Source of the DNA: Longimicrobiales bacterium | GTDB taxonomy: Bacteria; Gemmatimonadota; Gemmatimonadetes; Longimicrobiales; Gaopeijiaceae | NCBI GenBank assembly: GCA_965202985.1 | Contig: CBDBCF010000001.1 | Coordinates: 1,632,001 to 1,696,000 of the forward strand | Length of the DNA: 64,000 nt | Reading direction: 5' to 3' | Made by a program: the position numbers and the translations under genes | Part shown: positions 1 to 8,603 of the stretch, in pieces | Position numbering within the stretch: position 1 is the first letter of the stretch | How the letters are laid out: each line of letters starts with the position of its first letter | Notes under the pieces: generated by a model | Told to the model about the DNA's origin: nothing | What the model saw: the letters and a program-made list of their open reading frames with translations, nothing else | The model's database searches: none

Positions 1-710
1 GACCGCCCAGCACGCCCGGGTCCGCCGTGTTCCCCTCGAACACCTCGACCGCCACCGGACAGCCGTCGGCCGCGCACAGCAGCGCGAAGACGATCTGCAG
101 CGAGCCCCGCTTGCCGTCGCGCGAATGCCCTCGCTTCGCCAGCGGACAGCAACGGGGCCCTCGAAGTACGACGACGTCACGTCGCACAGCACCAGCGAGC
201 CGTCCTGCAGGCGCCTCCGCGCCAGTCCGCGCTCGATCTTGTCCTGCCTTGCCAGCAGCCAGTCCATCGCCCGGTACAGCTCGTCGGCGTCCGCGTCCTC
301 GACATCCAACTCCTCGGCCAGCGTGCTGGTCAGCGTCTCGCGGCCCAAGCCCCGAGCCGTCGCAGCTTCGAGCCGGGGTCCAGTATGCGCGCCAGCGCCA
401 TGGCCGCGGCCAGCGACCGGTTCCTCGAGGGCTTGCGGTCCAGCAGCCGCTCGAAGCCCAGCTTGCGGGCGGCGCCGACGACGGCTGCGACGTGGCCGTG
501 GGGACGCGAGCGCTCGATGCGGAAGACGTCGTCGATCGACGGCAGCGCGACGCCGCCCCTGAGCAGGACGCGGAGCCCCTCGACGAGCTCGTCGGGCCAG
601 CGGGAAAGGTTGGCCAGCGTCTGCTTGCGCACCTTGCCGCCTTCGCGGTAGGAGCGCCGCAGCAAGACGGCGGGCGGCGAGTTCCGGTTGGGCACGCGTT
701 CGATGTACAT
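1..710 (-). pseudogene. IS1634-family DDE transposase, 5' part, with two frameshifts (about 361 and about 155)
   Basis: MYIERVPNRNSPPAVLLRRSYREGGKVRKQTLANLS...DPGSKL, continuing in another frame as TARGLG...ELYRAMDWLL...LVLCDVTSSYFEG, then in another as CCPLAKRGHSRDGK...QIVFALLC..DGCPVAVEVFEGNTAD. These are typical IS1634 motifs. Confidence 0.8.
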
Positions 711-862
711 GGGCATGACCGTAGCGTCAGAACGAAATCATGTCAACTCCAACCAAGATCGCTACATGGGTACATACGACGATGGCAGAAAGCCCGCAAG
801 TCCTTCAACTGCAACGACTTGCGACGCCAGAACCGGCGAATTCCTGCGGAACTTCGGCCTAG
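1..862 (-). mobile_element. IS1634-family insertion sequence (partial, runs off the window start); probable terminus at CTAG 859-862
   Basis: Carries the IS1634-type transposase below; the minus-strand end reads CTAGGCCGAAGTTCCGCAGG. The boundary is inferred because the other end is outside the window. Confidence 0.7.
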
Positions 863-893
863 ATGAGTCGCCACCGGACCTGGGCTACCAACA

Positions 894-1237
894 CTATGTG
901 GACCTGGTGCCCGCCGGGCCGAGGACGACGATGTTGTGGCCGTCGTCGATCCAGTCGCCTCCGTTGGCGAGGACGCGGACCAAGCGTCCGACAGCCCGGG
1001 CAGGCGGTCGAAGTCGAAGTTGTCGAGCGTCTTGCTGGTGGGCAGCCCGGCCCCGGTGGGGTGGCGCTCGAGGCGACGGCGCGCGCGGTCGGCGAGTTCC
1101 TGGTCGGCGAGATGGGCGAGGTAGCGGTGATGGGACCAGCCTTCGCGCTCGGCCCGTTGGGCCAGCGACCTCCACATGTCCTTCATGGTCGGCACGCCCA
1201 GCTCCCGGAGCATCCGGTCGACTTCGGCTCTGTCCAC
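894..1237 (-). pseudogene. istB: IS21-family IstB helper ATPase, N-terminal remnant (frameshift about 985, truncated in Walker A)
   Basis: AEREGWSHHRYLAHLADQELADRARRRLERH...LPTSKTLDNFDF, then in a second frame GDWIDDGHNIVVLGPAGT followed shortly by a stop; no istA present. Confidence 0.75.
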
Positions 1238-1252
1238 GACGGAGGGCTGCTG

Positions 1253-3009
1253 CTAGATTGTGGTGGCTAGCGGCGGTCCATTTCAGAGCGGAGGGAGCGT
1301 GGTGAAGAAGCAGTACCAAGCGTGGACGCAAGACCAGTTGTACTTGATGCCGCCGTCGATGCGGGAGTGGCTTCCGGCCGACCACTTGGTGTGGTTCGTG
1401 CTGGACGTGGTGTCGGAGCTGGACATCACGGCGATCGAGGCTGCGGTGCAGGAGAAGGACGCTCGGGGCCAGCGGCCGTACGATCCGCGGATGATGGTGG
1501 CGCTGCTGGTGTACTCGTACAGTTCGGGCGTGTACTCGTCGCGGCGGATGGCGCGGGCGTGCCGCGAGAACGTGGCGTTCCGGGTTCTGACGGGGAACGT
1601 CGAGCCTCACTTCACGACGATCAACGAGTTCCGCCGCGTGCATCGCAAGCACTTCGAGCGTTTGTTCGTCGAGGTGCTGAGGCTGTGCGGCGCGGCGGGG
1701 CTGGTGAAGTTGAGGCACGTGGCGGTGGACGGGACGAAGGTCGAGGCGAACGCGAGCAAGCACAAGGCGATGAGCTACAAGCGCCTGGTGGCGGAGGAGA
1801 AGCGGCTGCGCGCGGAGGTGGCGCGGATGCTGGCGGAGGCGGAGGCGGCGGACCGGGCCGAGTCGGAGCGGACGGAGGCGAGCGGCGCCGACGGGCTGCC
1901 GGAGGAGTTGAGTCGGCGCGAGGACCGGCTGGCGCGGATACGGGAGGCGAAGGCGCGGCTGGAAGAGGCGGCGCGGCTGACGCGTGCGCGCAAGCTGCGG
2001 ACGCAGGCGGCGGGCATGGAGCGGACGGCGGCGGGCCACGGCAACCCGGCGGTGGCGAAGGGGCTGCGGACGCGGGCGGCTGGATGCCGGGCGCGGGCGA
2101 ACGTGTTGGACCCGCAGGGCGCGCAAGCAGCGGAGCCGCCGGAGCGGGTGCCGGGGCTGTTGCCGCCAAAGGAGACGCCGGCGACGCCGGAGGCGCTGCC
2201 GACGGACGGGGCGCAGCGCAACTTCACGGACCCGGAGAGCCACGTCATGATGGGGACGCACGGGTTCGTGCAGGCGTACAACGCGCAGCTGGCGGTGGAC
2301 GACGCCGCGCAGGTCGTCGTGGCGCACGGGGTGACGAACCAGCCGGCCGACTGCCGCAACTTGGAGCCGGTGATCGAACGCGCCAAGGAGAACGTAGGCG
2401 AAGCGCCGGCGAACGCGACCGCCGACGCCGGCTACTGGAACCCGGAAGTCGAGGCGCGAGCGCGGGCCCTGGGGACGGAAGCGTGGGTGGCGACGGCGCG
2501 CAAGCCCGCGGAGGCGCCGTCGGACGCGGGCGCGACCGCGCACGACGAAGCGTCGCCCCGGGAGCGGATGCGGGCTCGCGTGACGAGCGAGGACGGACGG
2601 GCGCTGTACGCGCGCCGCAAGGCCGTGGTCGAGCCGGTGAACGGCCAGATCAAGCAGGCGCGCGGCTTCCGGCGCTTCTCGTTCCGAGGACTCGAGGCGG
2701 TCGAGGCCGAGTGGGCGCTGGTGTGCGCCTGCCACAACCTGCTCAAGCTGTTCGCCAACCGCCCGCAACAGGGGCGCCGTGCGCCCAAACGCCGCGCTCC
2801 GCACGCCCTGCGCCCCTCTTTTCGCCCGAATTCGGCCTCTCGGCGCCCTTCGGACGCCCGCCGACGCCCAAGACTGCCCATCGATCTGCTCGGCACACGC
2901 CGACGTGCCCCCTCCAACATGCGCGCCCGCCTCCAACGTGTCCCGCCAACACGCCCCGCCCGGCTTCGCTTCGCCCGCCGTGCGCTACGCCCTACGGGCT
3001 CCTAGCGGC
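1253..3009 (+). mobile_element. IS1182-family insertion sequence
   Basis: Full-length transposase, with CTAG at 1253 and 1267 on the left and 3002 on the right, and an 8-bp direct repeat CTAGCGGC at 1267-1274 and 3002-3009. Exact ends are uncertain. Confidence 0.7.
1302..3005 (+). CDS. IS1182-family transposase
   Basis: Motifs LMPPSMREWLPADHLV, PYDPRMMVALLVYSY, SSRRM, VAVDGTKVEANASKHKAMSY, NFTDPESHVM, AYNAQLAVD, ADAGY, YARRKAVVEPVNGQIK, GFRRFSFRG; GTG start after GGAGGGAG (1299 or 1302). Confidence 0.9.
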   Translation: MKKQYQAWTQDQLYLMPPSMREWLPADHLVWFVLDVVSELDITAIEAAVQEKDARGQRPYDPRMMVALLVYSYSSGVYSSRRMARACRENVAFRVLTGNVEPHFTTINEFRRVHRKHFERLFVEVLRLCGAAGLVKLRHVAVDGTKVEANASKHKAMSYKRLVAEEKRLRAEVARMLAEAEAADRAESERTEASGADGLPEELSRREDRLARIREAKARLEEAARLTRARKLRTQAAGMERTAAGHGNPAVAKGLRTRAAGCRARANVLDPQGAQAAEPPERVPGLLPPKETPATPEALPTDGAQRNFTDPESHVMMGTHGFVQAYNAQLAVDDAAQVVVAHGVTNQPADCRNLEPVIERAKENVGEAPANATADAGYWNPEVEARARALGTEAWVATARKPAEAPSDAGATAHDEASPRERMRARVTSEDGRALYARRKAVVEPVNGQIKQARGFRRFSFRGLEAVEAEWALVCACHNLLKLFANRPQQGRRAPKRRAPHALRPSFRPNSASRRPSDARRRPRLPIDLLGTRRRAPSNMRARLQRVPPTRPARLRFARRALRPTGS

Positions 3010-3034
3010 TCATTGAGCATCTCCTTCTGCTCCT

Positions 3035-3799
3035 TTACGCCACGAGGCTCTTCACCGCATCTTCCCGGGCCGACCAGAGAATCGTCCGCACACCGTAGCT
3101 GTCGAGTGCCCTGTCGACGGACGGTGGTACGGATCCGCCTGTGTCGTTGAGGATGGCGTAGGCGGCCGCGTTGGGGTCGCGGACCTCCTTGGTGTCCAGC
3201 CATGCGAAAGCCATCGTCTGCGCCGTGTTGCGGTCCGGTCGGTTGATCGACCTGCATAGGCGTTCGGGTTGATCCGGCGATTTCGGGATGACGAAATCGA
3301 ACTTGTGGTCGTAGCCGCTCTTGCCCGAGAACTTGACATTCGGCGTGTATCTGACGCTGGATGTGTCGAGCCACGTGGTCACGTCTTCGTGAAACAGGCT
3401 CTCCACTGTCGGCGATGCCAAGTAGAACATGTCGGAAACAGCGAGCATGGCTTGAAGAAGGCTGTGCTTGCGGAGTCCGAAGTCTTCGGGGGAGGTCGCC
3501 ACCTGCAAAGCACCCGCAACCTCTTGAACTCCAAAGCCGTTGAGTGTTTCCTGCAGCAACGAGCGACGCTTGTCGCTGGTTGCCTCGAAGCCAGCCTGTG
3601 CCAAGTCGTTGAGCACGTAGCCGTCGTCTGTAAGGATGAGGTCGTCACCATGCTTTCCGGCATACAACTGAAGGCAGTCGTTATGGCGGTCGAGGTAGGG
3701 AGTCGTGATCTCGACGTAATCGCCGACTTCCCGGATCGCCGTCTGCTCCTGCAACCAGTTCCAGTACCGGTCCAAGAGGCGTTGGACCTCACCGATCAT
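3035..3799 (-). CDS. DUF1828/DUF1829-domain protein
   Basis: 254-aa ORF with ITTPYLDRHNDCLQLY, LTDDGYVL and GKSGYDHKFDFVIP; start overlaps the upstream stop (ATGA); visibly lower GC than flanks. Confidence 0.75.
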   Translation of the reverse strand: MIGEVQRLLDRYWNWLQEQTAIREVGDYVEITTPYLDRHNDCLQLYAGKHGDDLILTDDGYVLNDLAQAGFEATSDKRRSLLQETLNGFGVQEVAGALQVATSPEDFGLRKHSLLQAMLAVSDMFYLASPTVESLFHEDVTTWLDTSSVRYTPNVKFSGKSGYDHKFDFVIPKSPDQPERLCRSINRPDRNTAQTMAFAWLDTKEVRDPNAAAYAILNDTGGSVPPSVDRALDSYGVRTILWSAREDAVKSLVA

Positions 3800-4251
3800 G
3801 CCGGCTCCAGACCCTGTTCGATGGCTGGACGGTCAACGACGTTGCAGAAGCCCATAAAGTCCGTAAGCATGGTCCATGGATCCGTGGTATTCGTGACAAA
3901 CCTGTCGAATGGCACCTCATAGGCCCATTTGTCCCCGAAGCCCTCTTGGTATAGGTGAAGATGGGGTGACATGACCGGCTGGCCATCCGGGTTGCGGTGC
4001 GGCTTCCCGCCAAAATCTAGACGAGCAAGAACGACAGTCTTTCGAGCGCGGTTCTGGTAGCTGCCCTTAGTCATGTCGATGCTGTTTCGAGTGACGTCGA
4101 GCAAAAACTTCTCGCACTTGTCCGTGCTCGTCAAGGGAATCACGATCCGCCCGCCAAGGCTCGGGTACTTCCATACCTTGGCGTCCACACGACGCTTGGG
4201 AGTCCCCAGCAGTCGGTCGGCATCCGCTTGGGTCATCAGGTTCGTTGGCAT
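3796..4251 (-). CDS. DUF6978-like hypothetical protein
   Basis: 151-aa ORF with MTQADADRLL, LARLDFGGKPHRNPDG, HLHLYQEGFGDKWAY and DFMGFCNV; translationally coupled to the DUF1828 gene. Confidence 0.7.
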   Translation of the reverse strand: MPTNLMTQADADRLLGTPKRRVDAKVWKYPSLGGRIVIPLTSTDKCEKFLLDVTRNSIDMTKGSYQNRARKTVVLARLDFGGKPHRNPDGQPVMSPHLHLYQEGFGDKWAYEVPFDRFVTNTTDPWTMLTDFMGFCNVVDRPAIEQGLEPA

Positions 4252-4544
4252 CGCTGTCGAATCGTCACGTCAGGAGTCGTTTCGCCCCACCTGGGAAGAC
4301 GGCACATCGACCAGTAGCTTGGGAGCCAAGGCCGATCTCTGTCAAGACCAGTGTGCCCGCCCCGGGACACCTCGCGCGCCCCGAGACTGCACGCAAGTGA
4401 CCCTCTCGGCCGGCCGACCGGCACTCTTGGCACAGGCCAAACGAGGCTGGCTGACGTCGCTAACGACCATTATGTTGACTCGATTGCGTACTACCGAACC
4501 CTGAACCGTGCCGGGCAAGGGAGCCTACACACCCCCGCACCGTC

Positions 4545-7500
4545 ATGCCTACCGACACCACCGAACGCGGCCTCGAACGCCTGATCTGCGTCGCAATGAC
4601 GGGCTCGCCCTGCGATCCAGGGGCTATCCCCGGCGGCGACAGCACCGGCAGCACCGCCAGCGACGGTCGCGCATTCCCCGCCAAGGTGCGGGAGCCTCGG
4701 CGCATCTACGACGCGGGCGCGCCCAGCGGCCAACCGCGCGGCTCCGGCTGGACCTGCGGCAACCCGCGCGACTACGACCGCGAGCACTACGTGGATATGG
4801 CGCAGCTCGCGGCGTTTCTCTCCGACACGCAGCCCGAGACAGCCGAAGCCCTGGCCTTGCGCGGAAACGGCCCGGCCCGCCGCAAGTTCCTGGCTCGCGT
4901 CCGGGGCCAGATCAGCAGGCGCGGCACCATCGACGTGCTCCGCCACGGCGTCAGGCACGGCCCCCGCGAGATCAGCCTCTTCTACGGCACGCCGTCTCCG
5001 GGCAACGAGGCGGCCAAGACGCGCTACGACGCCAACCGCTTCACGGTCACGCGACAGCTGCACTACAGCCTGGACCAGCCGGGGCTGGCGCTGGACTTGG
5101 CGCTGTTCGTCAACGGGCTGCCGGTGGTCACCTTCGAGCTCAAGAACCGGCTGACCAAGCAGACGGTGCACGACGCGGTGCGTCAGTACGCGCGCGACCG
5201 CAGTCCTCGGGAGCGGCTGTTCGAGCTTGGGCGGTGCATGGCGCACTTCGCGGTGGACGAGCAACGCGTGCGGTTCTGCACCCACCTGTGCGGCAAGGAC
5301 TCGTGGTTCCTGCCCTTCGACCGGGGGCACGCGGGCGGCGCGGGCAATCCTCCGAACCCCGCCGGCCTTCGCACCGCCTATCTGTGGGAAGAGGTGCTGG
5401 CCCCGGACAGCTTGGTCGGCATCGTCGAGAACTACGCGCAGGCGCTGGCCGAGAAGGACCCAAAGACGGGACGCCGCCGCAAGACGCAAATCTGGCCCAG
5501 GTACCATCAACTGGACGTAGTGCGGCGGCTGCTGGACGACGCTCTCCGTCACGGTCCCGGACGGCGCTATCTGATCCAGCACTCGGCGGGCAGCGGCAAG
5601 TCCAACTCCATCGCTTGGCTGGCGCACCAGCTGATCGGTCTGGCCCAGCGCGGCGAGCCCGTCTTCGATGCGGTCGTGGTCGTCACCGACCGGCGCATTC
5701 TGGACCGGCAGATCCGCGACACGATCAAGCAGTTCGCGCAGGTTGGCGCGACCGTCGGCCACGCCACGCGCTCCCGCGATCTGCGCCGGTTCATCGAGGG
5801 CGGCAAGAAGATCGTCGTCTCCACGGTGCAGAAGTTCCCGTTCATCCTGGACGAGATTCGGGAGCAGCAGGTCGGCCGCACCTTTGCCATCGTCATCGAC
5901 GAGGCGCACTCCAGCCAAGGAGGCCGACAGTCGGGGGCCATGTCGCAGGCGCTCTCGGGGTCGGGGAGCGCGGGCGGCGCAATGGCCGAACGGGACGCCG
6001 CCGCCGGAGACGCCACCGCCAACGCGGTCGCCGACGCCGACGGCGATACGGACACGCTTGAAGACCGGATCAACCGCATCGTCGAATCCCGTCGAATGTT
6101 GCCCAACGCCAGCTACTTCGCGTTCACGGCGACGCCCAAGAACAAGACGCTGGAGCTCTTCGGGACGCCCGTGCCGCAGCCCGGCGACGATCCGCCGAAG
6201 CGCCGTCCCTTCCACGCCTACACCATGAAGCAGGCGGTCCAGGAGGGCTTCATTCTGGACGTGCTGCAGCACTACACGCCCGTGCGCAGCTACTACCGGC
6301 TGGTCAAGAGCGTGGAGGACGACCCCCTCTTCGACGCCAATCGCGCGGCGAAGAAGCTGCGGCGGTACGTCGAGGACCACGACCACGCGATCCGCTTGAA
6401 GGCGGAGATCATGGCGGATCACTTTCACAACCAGGTGGTGGCAAAGCGCAAGATCGGCGGCAAGGCCAGGGCGATGGTCGTAACGAGCAGCGTCCGGCGC
6501 GCCATCCAGTACTACGACGCCGTTCAAGCCTACCTGTCCGCGCGGAAGAGAGGGTACAAGGCGCTTGTGGCGTTCTCCGGCGAGCGCGAACACGGCGGCG
6601 CGACGGTTTCTGAGGCGTCGCTGAACGGATTCCCCGAGTCGCAGACCGCCGACAAGTTTCGCGAGGACCCGCACCGTATCCTGGTGTGCGCCGACAAGTT
6701 CCAGACCGGCTACGACGAGCCGTTGTTGCACACGATGTACGTGGACAAGCCGCTGTCGGGTGTGCGCGCGGTGCAGACGTTGTCGCGCCTGAACCGGGCC
6801 TGTCCTGGCAAGCACGACGTGGCGGTGCTGGACTTCGCGAACGACGAGGATGCGATCAAGGCGGCGTTTGAGCCGTACCACCAGACGACGATCTTGTCGG
6901 GCGAGACCGACCCCGACAGGCTCCACGACCTGCAGAGCGCCCTGGACGCTTGCCAAGTCTACGACCCGGACAGCGTGGACGAGTTCGTGGAGCTGTATCT
7001 GGGCTACGCGGGCCGGGAGCGGCTCGACCCGATCCTTGACGGGAGCGTGGAGGCCTACGTGAACGACCTGGACGAGGACGGCCAAGTGGAGTTCAAGGGG
7101 AAGGCCAAGACGTTCCTGCGCACCTACGACTTCCTGTCGTCGATCCTGCCGTACGCGTATCCGCCTTGGGAGAAGCGGTCGATCTTTCTGCACTTTCTGA
7201 TTCCCAGGCTGCCGGCGCCCAGGGAAGAAGACCTGTCGCGGGGCATTCTGGAAGCGATCGACATGGACAGCTACCGGATCGAAAAGCAGGCGGTACGGGC
7301 GATCTGGATGAGCGAAGAGGAAGAAGAGATCGATCCCGTGCCCGTGGGCGGCGGCGGCCATGCCCGCGAACTCGAACTGGACATGCTGTCCGCGATCATC
7401 GCCCAGTTCAACGAGCGGTGGGGCGGAGACGGCCAGTGGCGCGACGAGGACCGCGTGCGTCGCTTGATCACCGAGGACTTGCCCTCCGCGGTCCGGGCCG

Positions 7501-7700
7501 ACGAATCCTTTCGCAACGCGCAAGAGCATTCCGACGGCCAGAACGTGCGGATCGAGCACGACAAGGCGTTGAAGCGCGCGGTCAACGGAACCATCGAAGA
7601 CGACATGCAGTTCTTCAAGCGCTTCTCCGACGACGAGTCCTTCAAGCGCTGGGTGGCGGAGAGCATCTTCCGGCTGGTGTCGTCGTCGGGCGGTCCTTAG
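4545..7700 (+). CDS. hsdR: Type I restriction-modification system restriction subunit R
   Basis: 1051 aa; nuclease motif DLALFVNGLPVVTFELKN...AVRQY; helicase motifs QHSAGSGKS, VVTDRRILD, IDEAHSSQ, FTATP, YTMKQAVQEGFILDV, KFQTGYD, QTLSRLNR. Confidence 0.95.
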   Translation: MPTDTTERGLERLICVAMTGSPCDPGAIPGGDSTGSTASDGRAFPAKVREPRRIYDAGAPSGQPRGSGWTCGNPRDYDREHYVDMAQLAAFLSDTQPETAEALALRGNGPARRKFLARVRGQISRRGTIDVLRHGVRHGPREISLFYGTPSPGNEAAKTRYDANRFTVTRQLHYSLDQPGLALDLALFVNGLPVVTFELKNRLTKQTVHDAVRQYARDRSPRERLFELGRCMAHFAVDEQRVRFCTHLCGKDSWFLPFDRGHAGGAGNPPNPAGLRTAYLWEEVLAPDSLVGIVENYAQALAEKDPKTGRRRKTQIWPRYHQLDVVRRLLDDALRHGPGRRYLIQHSAGSGKSNSIAWLAHQLIGLAQRGEPVFDAVVVVTDRRILDRQIRDTIKQFAQVGATVGHATRSRDLRRFIEGGKKIVVSTVQKFPFILDEIREQQVGRTFAIVIDEAHSSQGGRQSGAMSQALSGSGSAGGAMAERDAAAGDATANAVADADGDTDTLEDRINRIVESRRMLPNASYFAFTATPKNKTLELFGTPVPQPGDDPPKRRPFHAYTMKQAVQEGFILDVLQHYTPVRSYYRLVKSVEDDPLFDANRAAKKLRRYVEDHDHAIRLKAEIMADHFHNQVVAKRKIGGKARAMVVTSSVRRAIQYYDAVQAYLSARKRGYKALVAFSGEREHGGATVSEASLNGFPESQTADKFREDPHRILVCADKFQTGYDEPLLHTMYVDKPLSGVRAVQTLSRLNRACPGKHDVAVLDFANDEDAIKAAFEPYHQTTILSGETDPDRLHDLQSALDACQVYDPDSVDEFVELYLGYAGRERLDPILDGSVEAYVNDLDEDGQVEFKGKAKTFLRTYDFLSSILPYAYPPWEKRSIFLHFLIPRLPAPREEDLSRGILEAIDMDSYRIEKQAVRAIWMSEEEEEIDPVPVGGGGHARELELDMLSAIIAQFNERWGGDGQWRDEDRVRRLITEDLPSAVRADESFRNAQEHSDGQNVRIEHDKALKRAVNGTIEDDMQFFKRFSDDESFKRWVAESIFRLVSSSGGP

Positions 7701-8584
7701 AGCCCCGGCCCGGGGACCGCAGGCTCGATCCGAGAAACCGGGCGGTCGCGAAAGTGCGCAAGCAGGCGGTCCACGGAGGCGAAGGCGCGAAAGTCCTCCA
7801 GGGTTCTGCGCGTCGGGAAGACCAAGGGGAGCGTCCCGTCGTGGTGACGGGCCAAGGCTTCGGTGGGGGAGAGCCAGCACGCGTCCGTGGTTTCTCGTCC
7901 GTCGGGGGCGGCGGTGGAGCCGGCCGGCGCGCGGGCCGCGAAGAACCGGGTGTCGTAGCGCCGGGGGGCGGCAGCGGGCGTCACCCAGTGCGCGAGGTAG
8001 ATCAGGGCGGAGCCGTCCAGGCGAAGGCCGAGGTCGTGAAGGACCTGGGAGAAGGAGGCCGAGCCGTCCAGCAGCGCTTCGCGAGCGGCCGATGCTTCGC
8101 GGGCGCGCGGCCGTAATGCGGGCCGCCGGAATCGACCGGGCCAGGAATCGCCGCCGGAGCGGGACTTGGACCGGATTGGGCTGGTCACCGGCTCGCCGGA
8201 GCGGGCGGGCCGCACGCACGGAAGGATGCCGGTTTCCTCGAAGGTTTCGCGCACGGCGGCGGCGTAGTAGGCGATCGCGGGGGGCGCGGCATCCAGGGCC
8301 AGCCCCAGCCGTTCGGCCGCGCTGGCGGGCAACAAGTCGGCCCAGGCGCGAGCCATCGCCGAGCTCGAGTCGGCTGCGTCCACCCGACCGCCGGGGAAGA
8401 CGAATGCACCGGGCGCGAACCGGGTCGCTTGGTTGCGGCGAAGGAGAAGGACCTCGATCCCGCCGGGACGCTCCTGCAGGCCGGGGCCGTCCCGCAGGAG
8501 CACGAGGGTGGCCGCGGGCAGGGGCGGCACGGGTCGCGCGGATGCGGCAGGTGGCGTCGCCGCCGCCGACGGTTGTTCGCGCAA
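7697..8584 (-). CDS. NUDIX hydrolase
   Basis: PAATLVLLRD...VLLLRR...FVFPGGRVD...AAVRETFEETG...HWVTP...RRYDTRFF. The start is uncertain; TTG at 8584, just after ggt, is assumed. Confidence 0.85.
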   Translation of the reverse strand: MREQPSAAATPPAASARPVPPLPAATLVLLRDGPGLQERPGGIEVLLLRRNQATRFAPGAFVFPGGRVDAADSSSAMARAWADLLPASAAERLGLALDAAPPAIAYYAAAVRETFEETGILPCVRPARSGEPVTSPIRSKSRSGGDSWPGRFRRPALRPRAREASAAREALLDGSASFSQVLHDLGLRLDGSALIYLAHWVTPAAAPRRYDTRFFAARAPAGSTAAPDGRETTDACWLSPTEALARHHDGTLPLVFPTRRTLEDFRAFASVDRLLAHFRDRPVSRIEPAVPGPGL

Positions 8585-8603
8585 GGGATGCCGTCCGGGG
8601 CGT

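Noticed and set aside
4491..8219. Very long antisense or alternate-frame ORFs (e.g. 4491..8219 -, 14100..17069 +, 23162..26485 +, 33063..36935 +, 37321..40320 +)
   Set aside because: They are Arg/Pro/Gly-rich shadows of recognisable genes, expected at this GC content, and have no family motifs.
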